From: Octopus vulgaris
Taxonomy: Eukaryota
Assembly (NCBI GenBank): GCA_951406725.2
Contig: OX597816.1
Coordinates: 54,746,001-54,810,000 of the forward strand
Direction of reading: 5' to 3'
Length of the DNA stretch: 64,000 nucleotides
In this document: piece by piece, positions 35,879 through 48,312 of the stretch
How positions within the stretch are numbered: position 1 is the first letter of the stretch
Layout: each line of letters begins with the position of its first letter
The notes under the pieces: generated by a model
Seen by the model: only the letters and a program-made list of their open reading frames with translations
Told to the model about the DNA's origin: nothing
The model's database searches: none
Program-made: the position numbers and the translations under genes

Positions 35879-36104
35879 TGCAGTTCCGGCAGCCGGGGGT
35901 GTTTGTCTCCCCTTCGTATATCTATATAAGGACACAGGGAAAAATGTGTGAAAGCTATCAGGAGGCGTTCGATGCTTCCTAGGGCTATACAGCGGTGGTG
36001 TACCCCCTACTGTCACGTTCTTGTTAGATTGACAGTATACAACCATTCTATCGCCCCACCACCGTACATGTCTCTACGAGAGATTTAGAAATTCAATATT
36101 TCTT

Positions 36105-36168
<64 letters not shown>

Positions 36169-36189
36169 TATATATATAAATAAATATAT

Positions 36190-37291
36190 ATATCTTTTAT
36201 CTGTTACTGCTCTCAGCCCAGAGCTGAGATCATGCTGGTGCACCACCTGTAGTTACGCGGTTTTGTTTCCTGTATTGTTTTTGGTGAAATAGAGATTTGG
36301 ACGGAGCTCCTCCTCTTTGCATCTCCTGGCGCGATGTGAGTTCATCTGGTATCTCAGACGTTCCTCCACTTCAACACCATGTAGATCTCTAAGGCTGCCT
36401 GGCAGGATGTTGAACAATTGTTGAAATCCACGCTATTGTTTTACTGTGTCCTTCTTCTAAATGGGAAGACGGGATCTTTGGTATGGTGCAGTGCCGTCCA
36501 GTTCCAGGATTGGTATTGCAGTCAATTCCAAAATCGGAATCTAAACCCTTCAAGATCCTCATATCTCTCTCGCCTTCTCTCCGGGGAGTTGATATTCAGC
36601 TCCTTTCGCCTCTCCCAGTAACCCATCTTTTGCATCGAGTCAATCTTCATTGGTCATTGTCGCTGGATTGCTTCAAGTTCTACTGTGTGTTTCACAATCT
36701 CTGAGGATTATAACTGGGAACTGTAGTCGAAGCGGCTGAGAACGAAAGTCCTCCACAAGAGTAGCAGGGTCTTCCTTCTCCTGGTTCTGAATCCATGCAG
36801 TCTCCCACCTGCACAGTGTTTCATTCTTGGTATTATGCATATGGAATGTTGCATCATTGCTCATATGAAACTCCATATCACGCATCCACTCTGAATCTGG
36901 GATCGTATTACCTTCTGGTCCAGTGTATTCCGATTTTAGCCTAGTGTTAGGCTGATAATGGAGTACCTGAAATTTCATATCGTTGAACTGCATGCTATTT
37001 TTGTTAGCCTATTTGTATATTTCATTCAGGTCTTTCTGCAGTTTTATGATTTCCTGTAGGTTCCTAAATTACTGAGGTACTTTTGTGTTATCCGCGTAAC
37101 TGGTCAGGTTGGCTGACTGTACCACGGAAGATATATCTGAGAGAACCACTACGAATAGTAGTGGCCATAGGACAGTTCCCTCTTGGACTCTGTTGATAAT
37201 TGGTGCCTCTGCAGAGTGAGCATCATTAGCTACAACTGTCTGCCTCCTACTCTTCAGAAAGTCACGCAGCTGCTCTCCCAGTTTCCCGGTG
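36190..37291 (-). mobile_element. Older CR1/L2-group LINE 3' fragment
   Basis: [49 protein letters not shown]; 3' tail GGTGGTGCACCAGCATG. Confidence 0.85.
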
Positions 37292-37386
37292 ATACATACA
37301 TACATACATACATACATACATTCATACATACATACGTACATACATATATATATGTGTGTGTGTGTATGTATGTGTGTGCGTGCGTG

Positions 37387-37444
<58 letters not shown>

Positions 37445-37485
37445 AATGTATATATGTATATATGTATATATACATATACATATAC

Positions 37486-37542
<57 letters not shown>

Positions 37543-38010
37543 TTAAAATAACTAAGTCTCTCTAAAAGAGAACGCGGCAGCGTTCCCGGAAAATAATAGT
37601 TATCGCCATACTAATATGGCATTCTTATAAAAATAAGAAAAAGCTGTCCGCTTATTAGCTCCATGAGGCCATCGCCTTAAGTTAGCTATTTGATACACAA
37701 ACTGTATCCATATAACCTGACCTCCCTTGTTCGAAGGTTATATGGATACAGTTTGTGTATCAAATAGCTAACTTAAGGCGATGGTCATGGAGCTAATAAG
37801 CGGACAGCTTTTTTCTTATTTTTATAAGAATGCCATATTAGTATGGCGATAACTATTATTTTCCGGGAACGCTGCCGCTGTTCTCTTTTAGAGAGACTTA
37901 GTTATTTTAATATTTCTATTATTGAAAACAAGTGGATGTATTCCACCGAAACTAGGTAAATAAAACCATCGAACAGAGATTGTCGGAAGCGACACCTACT
38001 GGCTGGCTAC

Positions 38011-38052
38011 GCTGCATTGAAAAGGGGCAATACCCTGAAACGCGTCTGTAGC
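38011..38052 (+). ncRNA. Variant minimal hammerhead (U3-A8 core), cassette C copy 1
   Basis: GCTGCA TTGAAAA GGGG-caata-CCCT GAAAC GC GTC TGTAGC. Confidence 0.75.
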
Positions 38053-38372
38053 TGCCGGTCAAGTAGTGTGGAGCGACTGACCTCCCTTGTTCGAAGGTTA
38101 TATGGATACAGTTTGTGTATCAAATAGCTAACTTAAGGCGATGGCCTCATGGAGCTAATAAGCGGACAGCTTTTTTCTTATTTTTATAAGAATGCCATAT
38201 TAGTATGGCGATAACTATTATTTTCCGGGAACGCTGCCGCTGTTCTCTTTTAGAGAGACTTAGTTATTTTAATATTTCTATTATTGAAAACAAGTGGATG
38301 TATTCCACCGAAACTAGGTAAATAATACCATCGAACAGAGATTGTCGGAAGCGACACCTACTGGCTGGCTAC

Positions 38373-38414
38373 GCTGCATTGAAAAGGGGCAATACCCTGA
38401 AACGCGTCTGTAGC
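38373..38414 (+). ncRNA. Variant minimal hammerhead (U3-A8 core), cassette C copy 2
   Basis: Identical motif 362 bp downstream. Confidence 0.75.
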
Positions 38415-38577
38415 TGCCGGTCAAGTAGTGTGGAGCGACTGACCTCCCTTGTTCGAAGGTTATATGGATACAGTTTGTGTATCAAATAGCTAACTTAAGG
38501 CGATGGCCTCATGGAGCTAATAAGCGGACAGCTTTTTTCTTATTTTTATAAGAATGCCATATTAGTATGGCGATAAC

Positions 38578-38618
<41 letters not shown>

Positions 38619-38620
<2 letters not shown>

Positions 38621-41530
38621 ACTTAGAATAACTTAGAAAGGTTTTTGGCCAGTATTGGCCCAGGCCATGTCTAACTTAATAGCACCACCTGGCGAAGTCT
38701 TTCAGTTCAGGATTTGGGCACCAAGGCCCATTCGAGCAGAGAGTTATTGGTTGCGGAGACATATCCGGGTGTGGGTGGTTTGTCCGGTACTGTTTGAAGG
38801 AATTTGTCCAAAGACTTCTTGAATTTTGTGTGGTCAGTTTCTTTTTTGACGTGTCCTGGTGTAATGTTGAAGAGAGCGGGTCCAATTGAGGTGAAATAGT
38901 TGTGCCGTATTGTCGTTATGTGATGTGATTTAGATTTTTGTTGTGGACGGATGGCACGTGGTCCAAGCCTTGGATGCATTTTGAAGGTGATGCCAGTATC
39001 ATTCGGACAGTGCTGATGGAATATTTTCCACATCATACAGATAATGTAGCGTTCACGGCGTCGTTGGAGTGAATACAATTGCAGCTTCTCTAGTCTACCC
39101 CAGTAGTCAAGGTCTGACATGCCATCTATCTTTTTTGTGATTGACCTTTGGGGAGCTTCAATTCTCATAATATTTTGTTTTGTGTAGGGAGACCACAGTG
39201 GACAGCAGTATTCAAGGTGGGGTCGGGCAAAAGTGGAGAAGAGAAGGATAATAGCGTGGGAATCTCTCGACTGGAAGGTTCTGAGAATCCAGGAACACAT
39301 TCTGCGGGCCATGTCAACTTTGCTGCTTATATGTGTAGCCCAGCTTATGTTGTTGTCCACTGTTACTCCCAGGTCTCTGATGTTGTTGGATGCCATGAGA
39401 ATTTCTCCAGAAGGAAGAGAGTATGGGAGTTTCAGAGCGTCCTCCCTTCCAAAGTGGATCAGTTCGAATTTGTCTTCATTTAGCAACATGTTATTCTTTT
39501 CCGCCCATTGGACAACAGCCAGTAGGTCTCACTGAAGGTTTATTCGGTCATCCACGCCATTGATGACCTTCTGGAGCTTGGGATCATCAGCGAAGGTTCT
39601 GATGTTACTGTGTTTGATGGTGTCAGTAATATCATTTATGTAGATGATGAAGAGAAGTGGGCCCAACACGGTGCCTTGTGGGACACCACTGCTGACTTTG
39701 GCTGGGCTGGATTTGACTCCTTCGACTACAACAAGTTGGGTTCTGTTAGACAGGAAGCACTTGATCCATTGCAGCAGCTTTCCAGTGACACCAATATTGG
39801 ACAGCTTTCTCAGAAGGATCTTATGATCAACCCTGTCAAAGGCCTTGCTGAAATCAAGGTAGATGACATCAGTGTTGGAACCCTCTCCCAAGGCTCTCAA
39901 AATGTCATCAAAATGATGCAGTAGCTGCGTCAGGCAATCTCTCCCATTACGGAATCCATGCTGGTTGGGGTTCAGCATATTATGACTCTCAAGGAAGTGA
40001 GTCATACGCGATCTCAGCACCCTCTCAAATACCTTGATGATATGAGAGGTGAGTGAGATTGGACGGTAATTCACGGCAAGCGATTTGTTTCCTTTTTTGA
40101 AAACTGGGACAACAGACTGGGATAGAAGGTCTTCTGGTATATATCCAGCATCCAGTGAGTTCCGCCACAGATTGGCTAGAGGGGGTGCAAGTTGGTTTTG
40201 ACACATCTTCAAGACACAAGCAGGGAACCTATCGGGACCTACTGCTGAATTATGCTTCATTTCCTTTATTGCTGCTAAGACATCAGGAGCGCCAAATGTT
40301 ATGTCCGATAAAGTGTATTGGGGAGTAACATCACTGATACAGTCATATCAGGATTGCTGAAAACAGAGCAATATTGTTTCTGCAATATCTCTCCCATGGT
40401 TTTGGCATTGTCTTGAAGAGTACCATTTTCATCAATCAGAGGGCCAACAGTAGAACCAGTGACTGTGTTTTTTTGCAAATGAAAAGAACACTTTGGGATT
40501 GAGTTTGATCTTCTCAATGGCCCAGGCCTCTTCAGCTCTTCGCTGACTATTGATGATAGACATCATGTTGTTTTGGAGTTTATGTTTTTTAATCTCTAGC
40601 GACGAGATGGCAGTCAGGTTGGTGTGTTGCTGTTGACAGTATTTCTGCATGTTGATCTTTTTGTTGATTCTTTTAATTTTCCTTATGAGAGATTTTCTAT
40701 TTCTAGGGATTCGACACTTAGATTTGTTTGCAGATCTTAATGGGGTGTGTCTTGCACATATGTTCGTGATGGTGTCTACAAGTGACTGCCAGGACTTTTT
40801 GATGTTAGTGGGTGTGTATGTGTGCGTGAAGGACCAATCGACTTGTGCAAGATCATTATTGATGGCTTCCCAGTTTGCATTGTGGAAATCCATAGTGTCA
40901 AATGGATGAACAGGAGGGATGACATTTGTTTTGCATTTTGGCCAGTGAAATCTCAGATCACAGAGAACCATGTCATGGTCGGAGAGTAGGGTTTTCTCCA
41001 CTGCAATATTGTGGATAGTATCAGTGTGATTGCTGAAAATTAAGTCTAAGACGTTTTTGTGACATCTCGTTGGTTCGAGTACCAGTTGGGACAAGAAGAA
41101 GTCATCCATGAAGTCAAGAAGCGATTCCACTGCCTCCCTGTCAGGGGTTGAGAGAGAAGAACCTGGCGGCAGACTGTTTGTAGACCAGTCAACCCCGGGA
41201 AGGTTGAAGTCTCCCATCATTAAAATGTTGTCAGGTTGACACTGCTGAATGAAACACTTTATGCTGTTGAGGCATTCCTTGAAGCATGGTAGGGGCGTTT
41301 GGGGTGGTCTGTAGAGCCCAACTACTGTTAAGTTGTTGGTTTGACTGAATACAGCGACTGCTTCGCAGTATCCATTGGAAAATATGTTCATGGCTTCTGT
41401 TGAGAATGAATCATGGACATAAATGGCAGTCCCACCCTTTCTTCTGCCAGCACGATCAGCACGAATGGTTTTGAAATGTTTAACTTTCACCTCGGCTTCC
41501 AAGTGGAGGTCACTAAGATGGGTTTCAGTG
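38619..41530 (-). mobile_element. CR1/L2-group LINE (second family), 5'-truncated, frameshifted ORF2, in (TA)n
   Basis: APE (TETHL, RADR..GGTAIYV, LYRPP, MGDFN, LDLIF, SDHD) in 40432-41502; RT (NYRPISLTS, LDFSKAFD, GVPQGTVLGP, FADD) in 39529-40260; C-terminus 38707-39489; (TTCTAAGTTA)2 tail. Confidence 0.95.
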
Positions 41531-41542
41531 TATATACATATG

Positions 41543-41608
<66 letters not shown>

Positions 41609-41638
41609 TATATACATATATATATATATGTATATACA

Positions 41639-41678
<40 letters not shown>

Positions 41679-41870
41679 CATATATATGTATATATGTATA
41701 TACATATATATGTATATATGTATATACATATATATGTATATATGTATATGTATACATATATACATATATACATATATACATATATATCTATACATATATA
41801 TACATATATATGTATATGCATACATGTATATATATATACATATATGCATACATGTATACTTATGTATATT
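41531..41870. repeat. Long (TA)n/(TATACA)n microsatellite
   Basis: Direct reading. Confidence 0.95.
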
Positions 41871-43892
41871 GAATCGGAAAATGCTATTCAATTGTTAGGT
41901 GGATTTATTACAAAACAGATGTTTAATAGTTCAATGTATCGAGCACAGTATTTTCATATTGGCCGATGTCCGTGAGATGACAAACGCTAGAAGGACCATT
42001 GCCTATTTCAGTTCTCCAATATCATTCTCAGTGGAAGAAATGGAATAGCTGGTTCAAGGAAGTTTTTAGTTTTGTTACGATGCTCATAGATTTCAATGAC
42101 GAGTGTTTATAGCATCGTACCTTTATATAAGATACAATAAAGTATTTAAGTTGAAAGAAATCGCAAGAATATTGGTTGAACAATGAATGCGATATTATTG
42201 TTTAAATGGATCGAAGCAATCGTAAAAGAACAAAGTTGCATTTACTAATTGTAGAATAAACGAATGACGATGCAGTTCACCATTCAAAGTGAAGTCGATA
42301 TTTGTCACAGAATATTGCGCAATATTTCTGACAAACACTCATTTTCGTATCGTTCAACTTGATAAGCAGCATTTCAGTAAGTTTGTGGTTAAAAGGAGTG
42401 ACTGACACTATTCACCAAGATTTATTTTAGGAACAATATATGATTTTATACCAATGTATCAAGTTTCTATTCATTGAAATAAGTCTTTCTTCTGATCTTC
42501 AATGTTGTCATCCAGTATGTGATAATATAAGAATTATTAACAAAATGAAACAGGTTTGTACAGGTTTTCAATATTTTGTATATATTCCTATATATCCTGT
42601 GTGAGTCTCAGAAACAAATCGGTCGACTGCAGATAATAAAATATTTAAGGTTCTGCTCAAGACATTTCATAGTTGACTGCAAATAAATTGTAATCAATTG
42701 TCATTTAAAAATTGTACAACCTTTGGTTTGAGGCAGCATTATAACTTACCTGCATTCTTGATAAAAACATACAGAAATATTGATTTCACAATGAAACACA
42801 TCAAGAAAGAACACGAAGAAAAACAAATAGTTGAAAATGAATTTGGCTTCTTCTATTTGATTTTTACGTTGGCTGAAATTATGTATTGTTTTGTAAGTCT
42901 TCGATGAAGAATCTGAGAGAAAACTGTCAACGTCTACAGTTGTTGATTCGTTATCTAAGAGAGAAATCTGTGATTATCACTCGTATAAAGGAGTGGACTA
43001 TTTATAGAACTGCATTGCTCCACTGAGGTAGATGTTTATCATAAACGGTTGTCAACGGTTTTCTAACACTTACGATCGATATATTGGTAAAAATATTACT
43101 GAAATGGTAAAACAGCAGGCAGTATTTTTTGGAATGATGGTAACGTTATTTCAAAGATATTTTTTCGCCAAGATATTTCTTTGCGAGCAGCGGCGCCTAT
43201 ATACGTGCTAAAGGAGAAAAGTCTGTTTATCGAAGAATCGTTTCTTGTTCTGAAATTCTACTCTTTACAATAGGAATGGATTGTGAAATGATCAGCTGGA
43301 AGGTGTGTTTGTGCAAGCATTCTTGAGATGGCAGACAACCAAACCTAACTTGCTTTCATCATTATTGGCAAGAGGATCTTTCAGAGTCTTTAACTGAAGA
43401 ATCGATACTTGAACAACAACTCAAGAATTTCACAGACATTGTGTGTTTCAATAATCAAATTAGCTGATCAAATATCTTTCCTAACTTAAAAGCATTTCCC
43501 GATCATCGATATCGCTGCTACCAAATACATTCCCTACCACTTCCACCAGACAGAACAGCCGAAAGAATTTATTATATTTGACGATATCTTCTCCCATCAA
43601 TAAAATGAATAATTTGTCATGCTTCAATAAAGACAAAACAGGTAAGTGCTGGTATGAACTGCTGCTAGAAATAGCAGCCAAATGTTACTTAACCTTATCG
43701 TCTTACAAAACGGAAGGACATATTGGTGAATGACGTCCGAGATACACAGCATGAGAATAGAAGATAGAATTGTCATGGCTGGAACGCTTTCCGTCAGAGC
43801 ACTGCTCCATTCAAACTGAGTTTGGAGTTAAATAGCAGTAGCAGCAGCAGGGCGCCGAAGGCAGTAGTAGGGGTAGTTGTTGTAGCAGCAGC

Positions 43893-43926
<34 letters not shown>

Positions 43927-44264
43927 GCAACAACAACAATAGCAGCAGCAGCAACTGCAACAACAATTGGTCAGTGGGTTGACGTACTTTGTCTGAAGCC
44001 AATTTTTTTACTTCTGAACCTATCAGATGTGAGTTACAAACATTTGTTTTTAATAAAAACAATGAAGAAATCAGAAAAACATATTCATGACAGAAACTTA
44101 TTGTTATAAGTTTTCTCTATAAGAAACCCCTGGGTGTTTAGAGCTAGGGTTACTGGTCCCCTCTCAGAAACAGTGATTTCCTGCAGAAAACCACTGACCA
44201 ACCCACTTTTCAGCTCCTAAGTCCAACGACTCTTTTTATCATTAATGTTTATAATAAAGGAATG

Positions 44265-44316
<52 letters not shown>

Positions 44317-45501
44317 CTTTGAAACTAGTTTCAGGATTGATCCTGAGTAGATATCGTCTGCTACAGGTTCATGTCGACTATAAATATCTGAGTGAAATTT
44401 AATCGATGAAACTAACTCCTGTTTAGTGGTTGTTTCCTTTCTGTTGCAAGAATTTCCTCTAAAAGTCCGTTCTGAGGATAATATCCTCCTTTCCTCGCAG
44501 CAGACCTGAAGACGTTAAGTAAGATAATCGATATTTTCACTTCAAGTCAAAAGTTACGTTACTGTATTTCTGGTTTTTTTTTTTTTTTTTTTTTTTTTGC
44601 AACCGCAATATTGCCGAGAATTAATGGAATTATTCCCGAATGGTAATAAACATTATTTCAAAAACTCATTACCCTAGCATTTTCATACCAATATTTGACA
44701 TATTATTGCCGAGGTGGAAGTTTAATAGTTGTGAAAAGAAAGTTGTGATTGATTTTAAATCAATTCTATTAATTATCTAAGTGACTTTGGTGGTTTAAGG
44801 TGAATTACTAAAATTTACTATCAGATGCTACATACATTAACACAGCTCATCTGGAGCGACTACTTACTTTGTAGACCAAATAATGAATAAAAGAACAGAA
44901 TTATAAAAGAGACCTTCAAATGTAGTTATCCATAGATAGACTATACTAAATCGAATTTCAGATGTTTTCTGATACCATTTTCCAAATTCCTCCTTAGAAT
45001 TATATTTTCAACGTTTTCAAAGTTAAAATAACTAAAAGTTGAAGCAATTTTTTTATTGCATTATTTCAATTTAAATCATTTTTAGAAAATATTATCTGAA
45101 CAAGAAGACTACATAATTTTTTACAATTAAGATATTTTTCTTCTAAAAACTTCAGCTTGTTTTGGTTTTTTGCTGTTTTCTGCACAACATCTATTTAGAT
45201 CAGATACGATGTGTATGAATGTTTTAATATTCAATACTCGTTCTACCAAACTTAATCCTCCAGGATATATACGAAATAAAAAGTGGTTTGAAATCGAATT
45301 TGGTGTATCAGTGTGTCAACATACAATACTCTGTTATTATAGATTCTCAAATGGAATTCTATGTTTCCATCTCAACAGTCGTATTTCAGCCTCTACCTAC
45401 TATTCATAGCATTCTAAATAGATTTCCATTTCTATTCCATACAAAATATATCAACAGATACAATATCAACATTAACATTGTTAGTAACGAAAATCTTTAA
45501 T

Positions 45502-45557
<56 letters not shown>

Positions 45558-45763
45558 CAGAGACAGACATACACACATGCAATCACACACACACACATAT
45601 ACATATTTTTCTCAAATCAATGATGTAGATATTATGCACCAAGACTGTAATAAAAATGAATTAGAGAAACATTACTGGTGACGTCATATATTTTTCATAG
45701 ATTTACTTTAATAGTAACTCTGGATGGAAATGATATATTTCACGGTATCTATAAAAATCGCTA

Positions 45764-45823
<60 letters not shown>

Positions 45824-45970
45824 CGCCGTTTCTGTTGAATGTGTTTTATAGTACTGAGAGAAGCTTCTGTAACAAAATATCGAGTCATCAAGCAATAGCT
45901 CAATAGCAAATCAGAGAATAAGTGTCTTATTGCTGATTTAGGTTTTGGTCTTTAAAGGCATTGAGAGATG

Positions 45971-45972
<2 letters not shown>

Positions 45973-46047
<75 letters not shown>

Positions 46048-46440
46048 GCATGAGATGAGAGAAGTGAAGAAGCTGAACGATAGATAGAAATATAGATAAA
46101 GAGATAGTAGGTACATAGGTAAGTAGATAGATAAATAGATAGAAAGGTAGGTAGGTAGGTAGATAGGTATGTAGGTAGATATATTGATAGATAGACCGGT
46201 AGATAGATAGGTAGGTAGGTAGGTAGGTAGGTAGGTAGGTAGGTAGGTAGGTAGGAAGGTAGGCAGGTAGGTAGGTAGATAGATCGATAGATAGACCGGT
46301 AGACCAGGTAGATAGATAGATTGATACATAGATAAAGAGATGCATAGACAAATAGATGGATAGATAGGTAGGTAGTCAGGTAGGTAGTCAGGTAGGTAGA
46401 TAGGTAGATAGATAGATAGAGACAGACAGACAGACAGAAG
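45973..46440. repeat. (GT)n(GA)n(GATA)n(GGTA)n compound microsatellite
   Basis: Direct reading. Confidence 0.95.
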
Positions 46441-46949
46441 AAAAGCAGATAATAAAATGGTCGGGTAGATTGATTGTAAAATGCATTGACAATTATCTGG
46501 ATGGATGGGTGGATGGCTAGCTAGACATACAGTTGAATAGGCTGGTAGCTTGATTGATCGATTAATAGAGAGATAAGAGGTTAGTTGCGCAGACGGAATG
46601 AAATACAGAGTATCTAACTAGCGACAACCTAATTACCGGAACCCGGAACATTGCTATAAAACCGAATCATCCAGTGTCAGTGCGGTTTTGTATGTTGGCG
46701 ACATTACAAATACGTATATATGTATATTGTTTGTTATCTATGAGTTTGTGCGAGCAAAGCGGACTACAGCATTATAATATCTGCGTTTTAAATGTTGTTG
46801 CAGCTTATTCAGACGAGGTTTGTAGTTTTTACTAATAAAAACGTTTTCTGTAATTTGTTTGTATGTGATTGGAGTTATAACGAAATAAAGACAAAGACAG
46901 AAAACCAGGAACATTGGTGGCGCATTTGCTTGCGCCTGTGTTGAATTTG

Positions 46950-47170
46950 AGAACATTGAGAAATATCAGGGCTTATCCAGAGAGATGAGGAGATTGCGAA
47001 AGACTAAGCTGATAACTATTTCTGTTGTGATTGGTGCACTCAGCACAGCAGGCAAATTGCTACCTAAAGATTGAAAGAAATTGAAACTGAAACTCTCATT
47101 GTCGACCTTAAGAAAAGTACCATCTTGTATTCTGCAAAAATCCCAAGGAAGATTATTGATATTCGAAGAA
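46950..47170 (+). mobile_element. R4/Dong-type LINE extreme 3' fragment
   Basis: IEKYQGL..E, ISVVIGAL, LKKSTILYSAKI. Confidence 0.55.
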
Positions 47171-47268
47171 ACTTGGTGTCAGATATTCTTGCTAATTAAA
47201 TCAGCATTTACCTGTTTTGGAATGATAATGGTAATAATGGCTCAGCGATAATACAAGGGAAAGCATGT

Positions 47269-47575
47269 GGAGGCACATGGCCTAGTGGTTAGAACAGCGG
47301 ACTCGCGGTCGAGGGATCGCGGGTTCGAATTGCAGACTGGGCGATGTGTGTGTTTATGAGCGAAAACACCTAAGCTCCACGCGGCTCCGGCAGAAGATAA
47401 TGGCGAACTTCTGCTGACTCTTTCGCCACAACTTTCTCTGACTCTTTCGTCCTGCATCTTGCAGCTCACCTGCGATGGACCGGCGTCCCGTCCAGGTGGA
47501 GAACCTATACGCCAAGAAACCGGGAAACCGGCCCTTATGAGTCAGGCATGGCTCGAGAAGGAACAAACAACAACA
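47269..47575 (+). mobile_element. tRNA-derived SINE (OR-like head), tail type 3
   Basis: GGAGGCACATGGCCTAGTGGTTAGAACAGCGGACTCGCGGTC...GGTTCGAAT; body CTGCGATGGACCGGCGTCCCGTCCAGG; (CAA)n tail. Confidence 0.85.
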
Positions 47576-47584
47576 AAAAAAAAA

Positions 47585-47900
47585 AGGGGAAAGCATGGCA
47601 ATGTTGCCAAAGTGGTCTACTTGGAAGTATGTAACACGTCTGGAATGGAAAAGGAGAGAACGTTGTATGAATATGAGCGGAAAGGTGTGTAAGAAAATGA
47701 CAGAGGAAAAATACTTTGTGCGATCAATATCCATTGTGACCCTGGAATCCAGCATCGAAAACCCGATATTGTGCAGGTAGACAAGGGAAAAAATCGTGCC
47801 TGTTCATAGACATAGCATACACTGTAGACAATAGAATCGCCAGAAAAAAGAGGCACAAAAACTTGTGCGGTATGAAGTTCTGAAGAGATAAATGGAAAAG
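47585..47900 (+). mobile_element. R4/Dong-type REL fragment
   Basis: HGNVAKVVY, NIHCD..IQHRKPDIVQVDK, CLFIDIA. Confidence 0.6.
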
Positions 47901-48162
47901 ATATGGTCAGTGAAAAAGGTACATGCTGTGGCAATAATCTTTTGGTCCTTAAGTACAGTGAACCAAATAAGTCGATCGGAAAAAAAAAAGAATTTGACGT
48001 AAAAATGAAATTGAGCATATCCAGACAGCCGAATTACGTGACAGGTCATCGAAGCTCTACAAAGTCGTTGAGACTTGCAAAGAATACAATGGCTTTCGTT
48101 TTCGGGGAGTGAACAGCTGGTACGTTAATGACACCACGTGCAACAAGCTGAGTATGCCAGAT

Positions 48163-48199
48163 ATAATAATAATAATGATGATGATGATGATGATAAATG

Positions 48200-48297
<98 letters not shown>

Positions 48298-48312
48298 AAG
48301 AAGAATAATAAT
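48163..48312. repeat. (AAT)n(GAT)n(AAG)n compound microsatellite
   Basis: Direct reading. Confidence 0.95.

Larger units (their letters stand above)
35115..36106. mobile_element. Retrozyme-like cassette B: 363/364-bp unit, about 1.6 copies (35115-35702) plus an inverted 1.1 copy (35702-36106)
   Basis: Units start ATAGAATGGTTG at 35115 and 35479; hammerhead in each; TA repeats on both sides. Confidence 0.9.
37534..38583. mobile_element. Retrozyme-like cassette C: inverted half unit (37534-37718) plus about 2.4 tandem copies of a 360-362-bp unit (37717-38583)
   Basis: Units start CTGACCTCCCTTG at 37717, 38077 and 38439; variant hammerhead in each complete unit; (TA)n on both sides. Confidence 0.88.

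Noticed and set aside
35120-36046. 70-87 aa ORFs (MVVYCQSNKNV...) repeated in cassette B
   Set aside because: Antisense to the ribozyme strand, frameshifted between copies, no recognisable domain
37726-37740. Pol III B-box-like GTTCGAA in cassette C (GTTCGAT in cassette B)
   Set aside because: No convincing A box, and internal T-runs would terminate Pol III
43661-43678. GCTGCTA-GAAA-TAGCAGC resembles the Cas9 sgRNA scaffold (GCTAGAAATAGC)
   Set aside because: Only 12 nt match and the rest of the scaffold is absent; it is part of a local repeat motif
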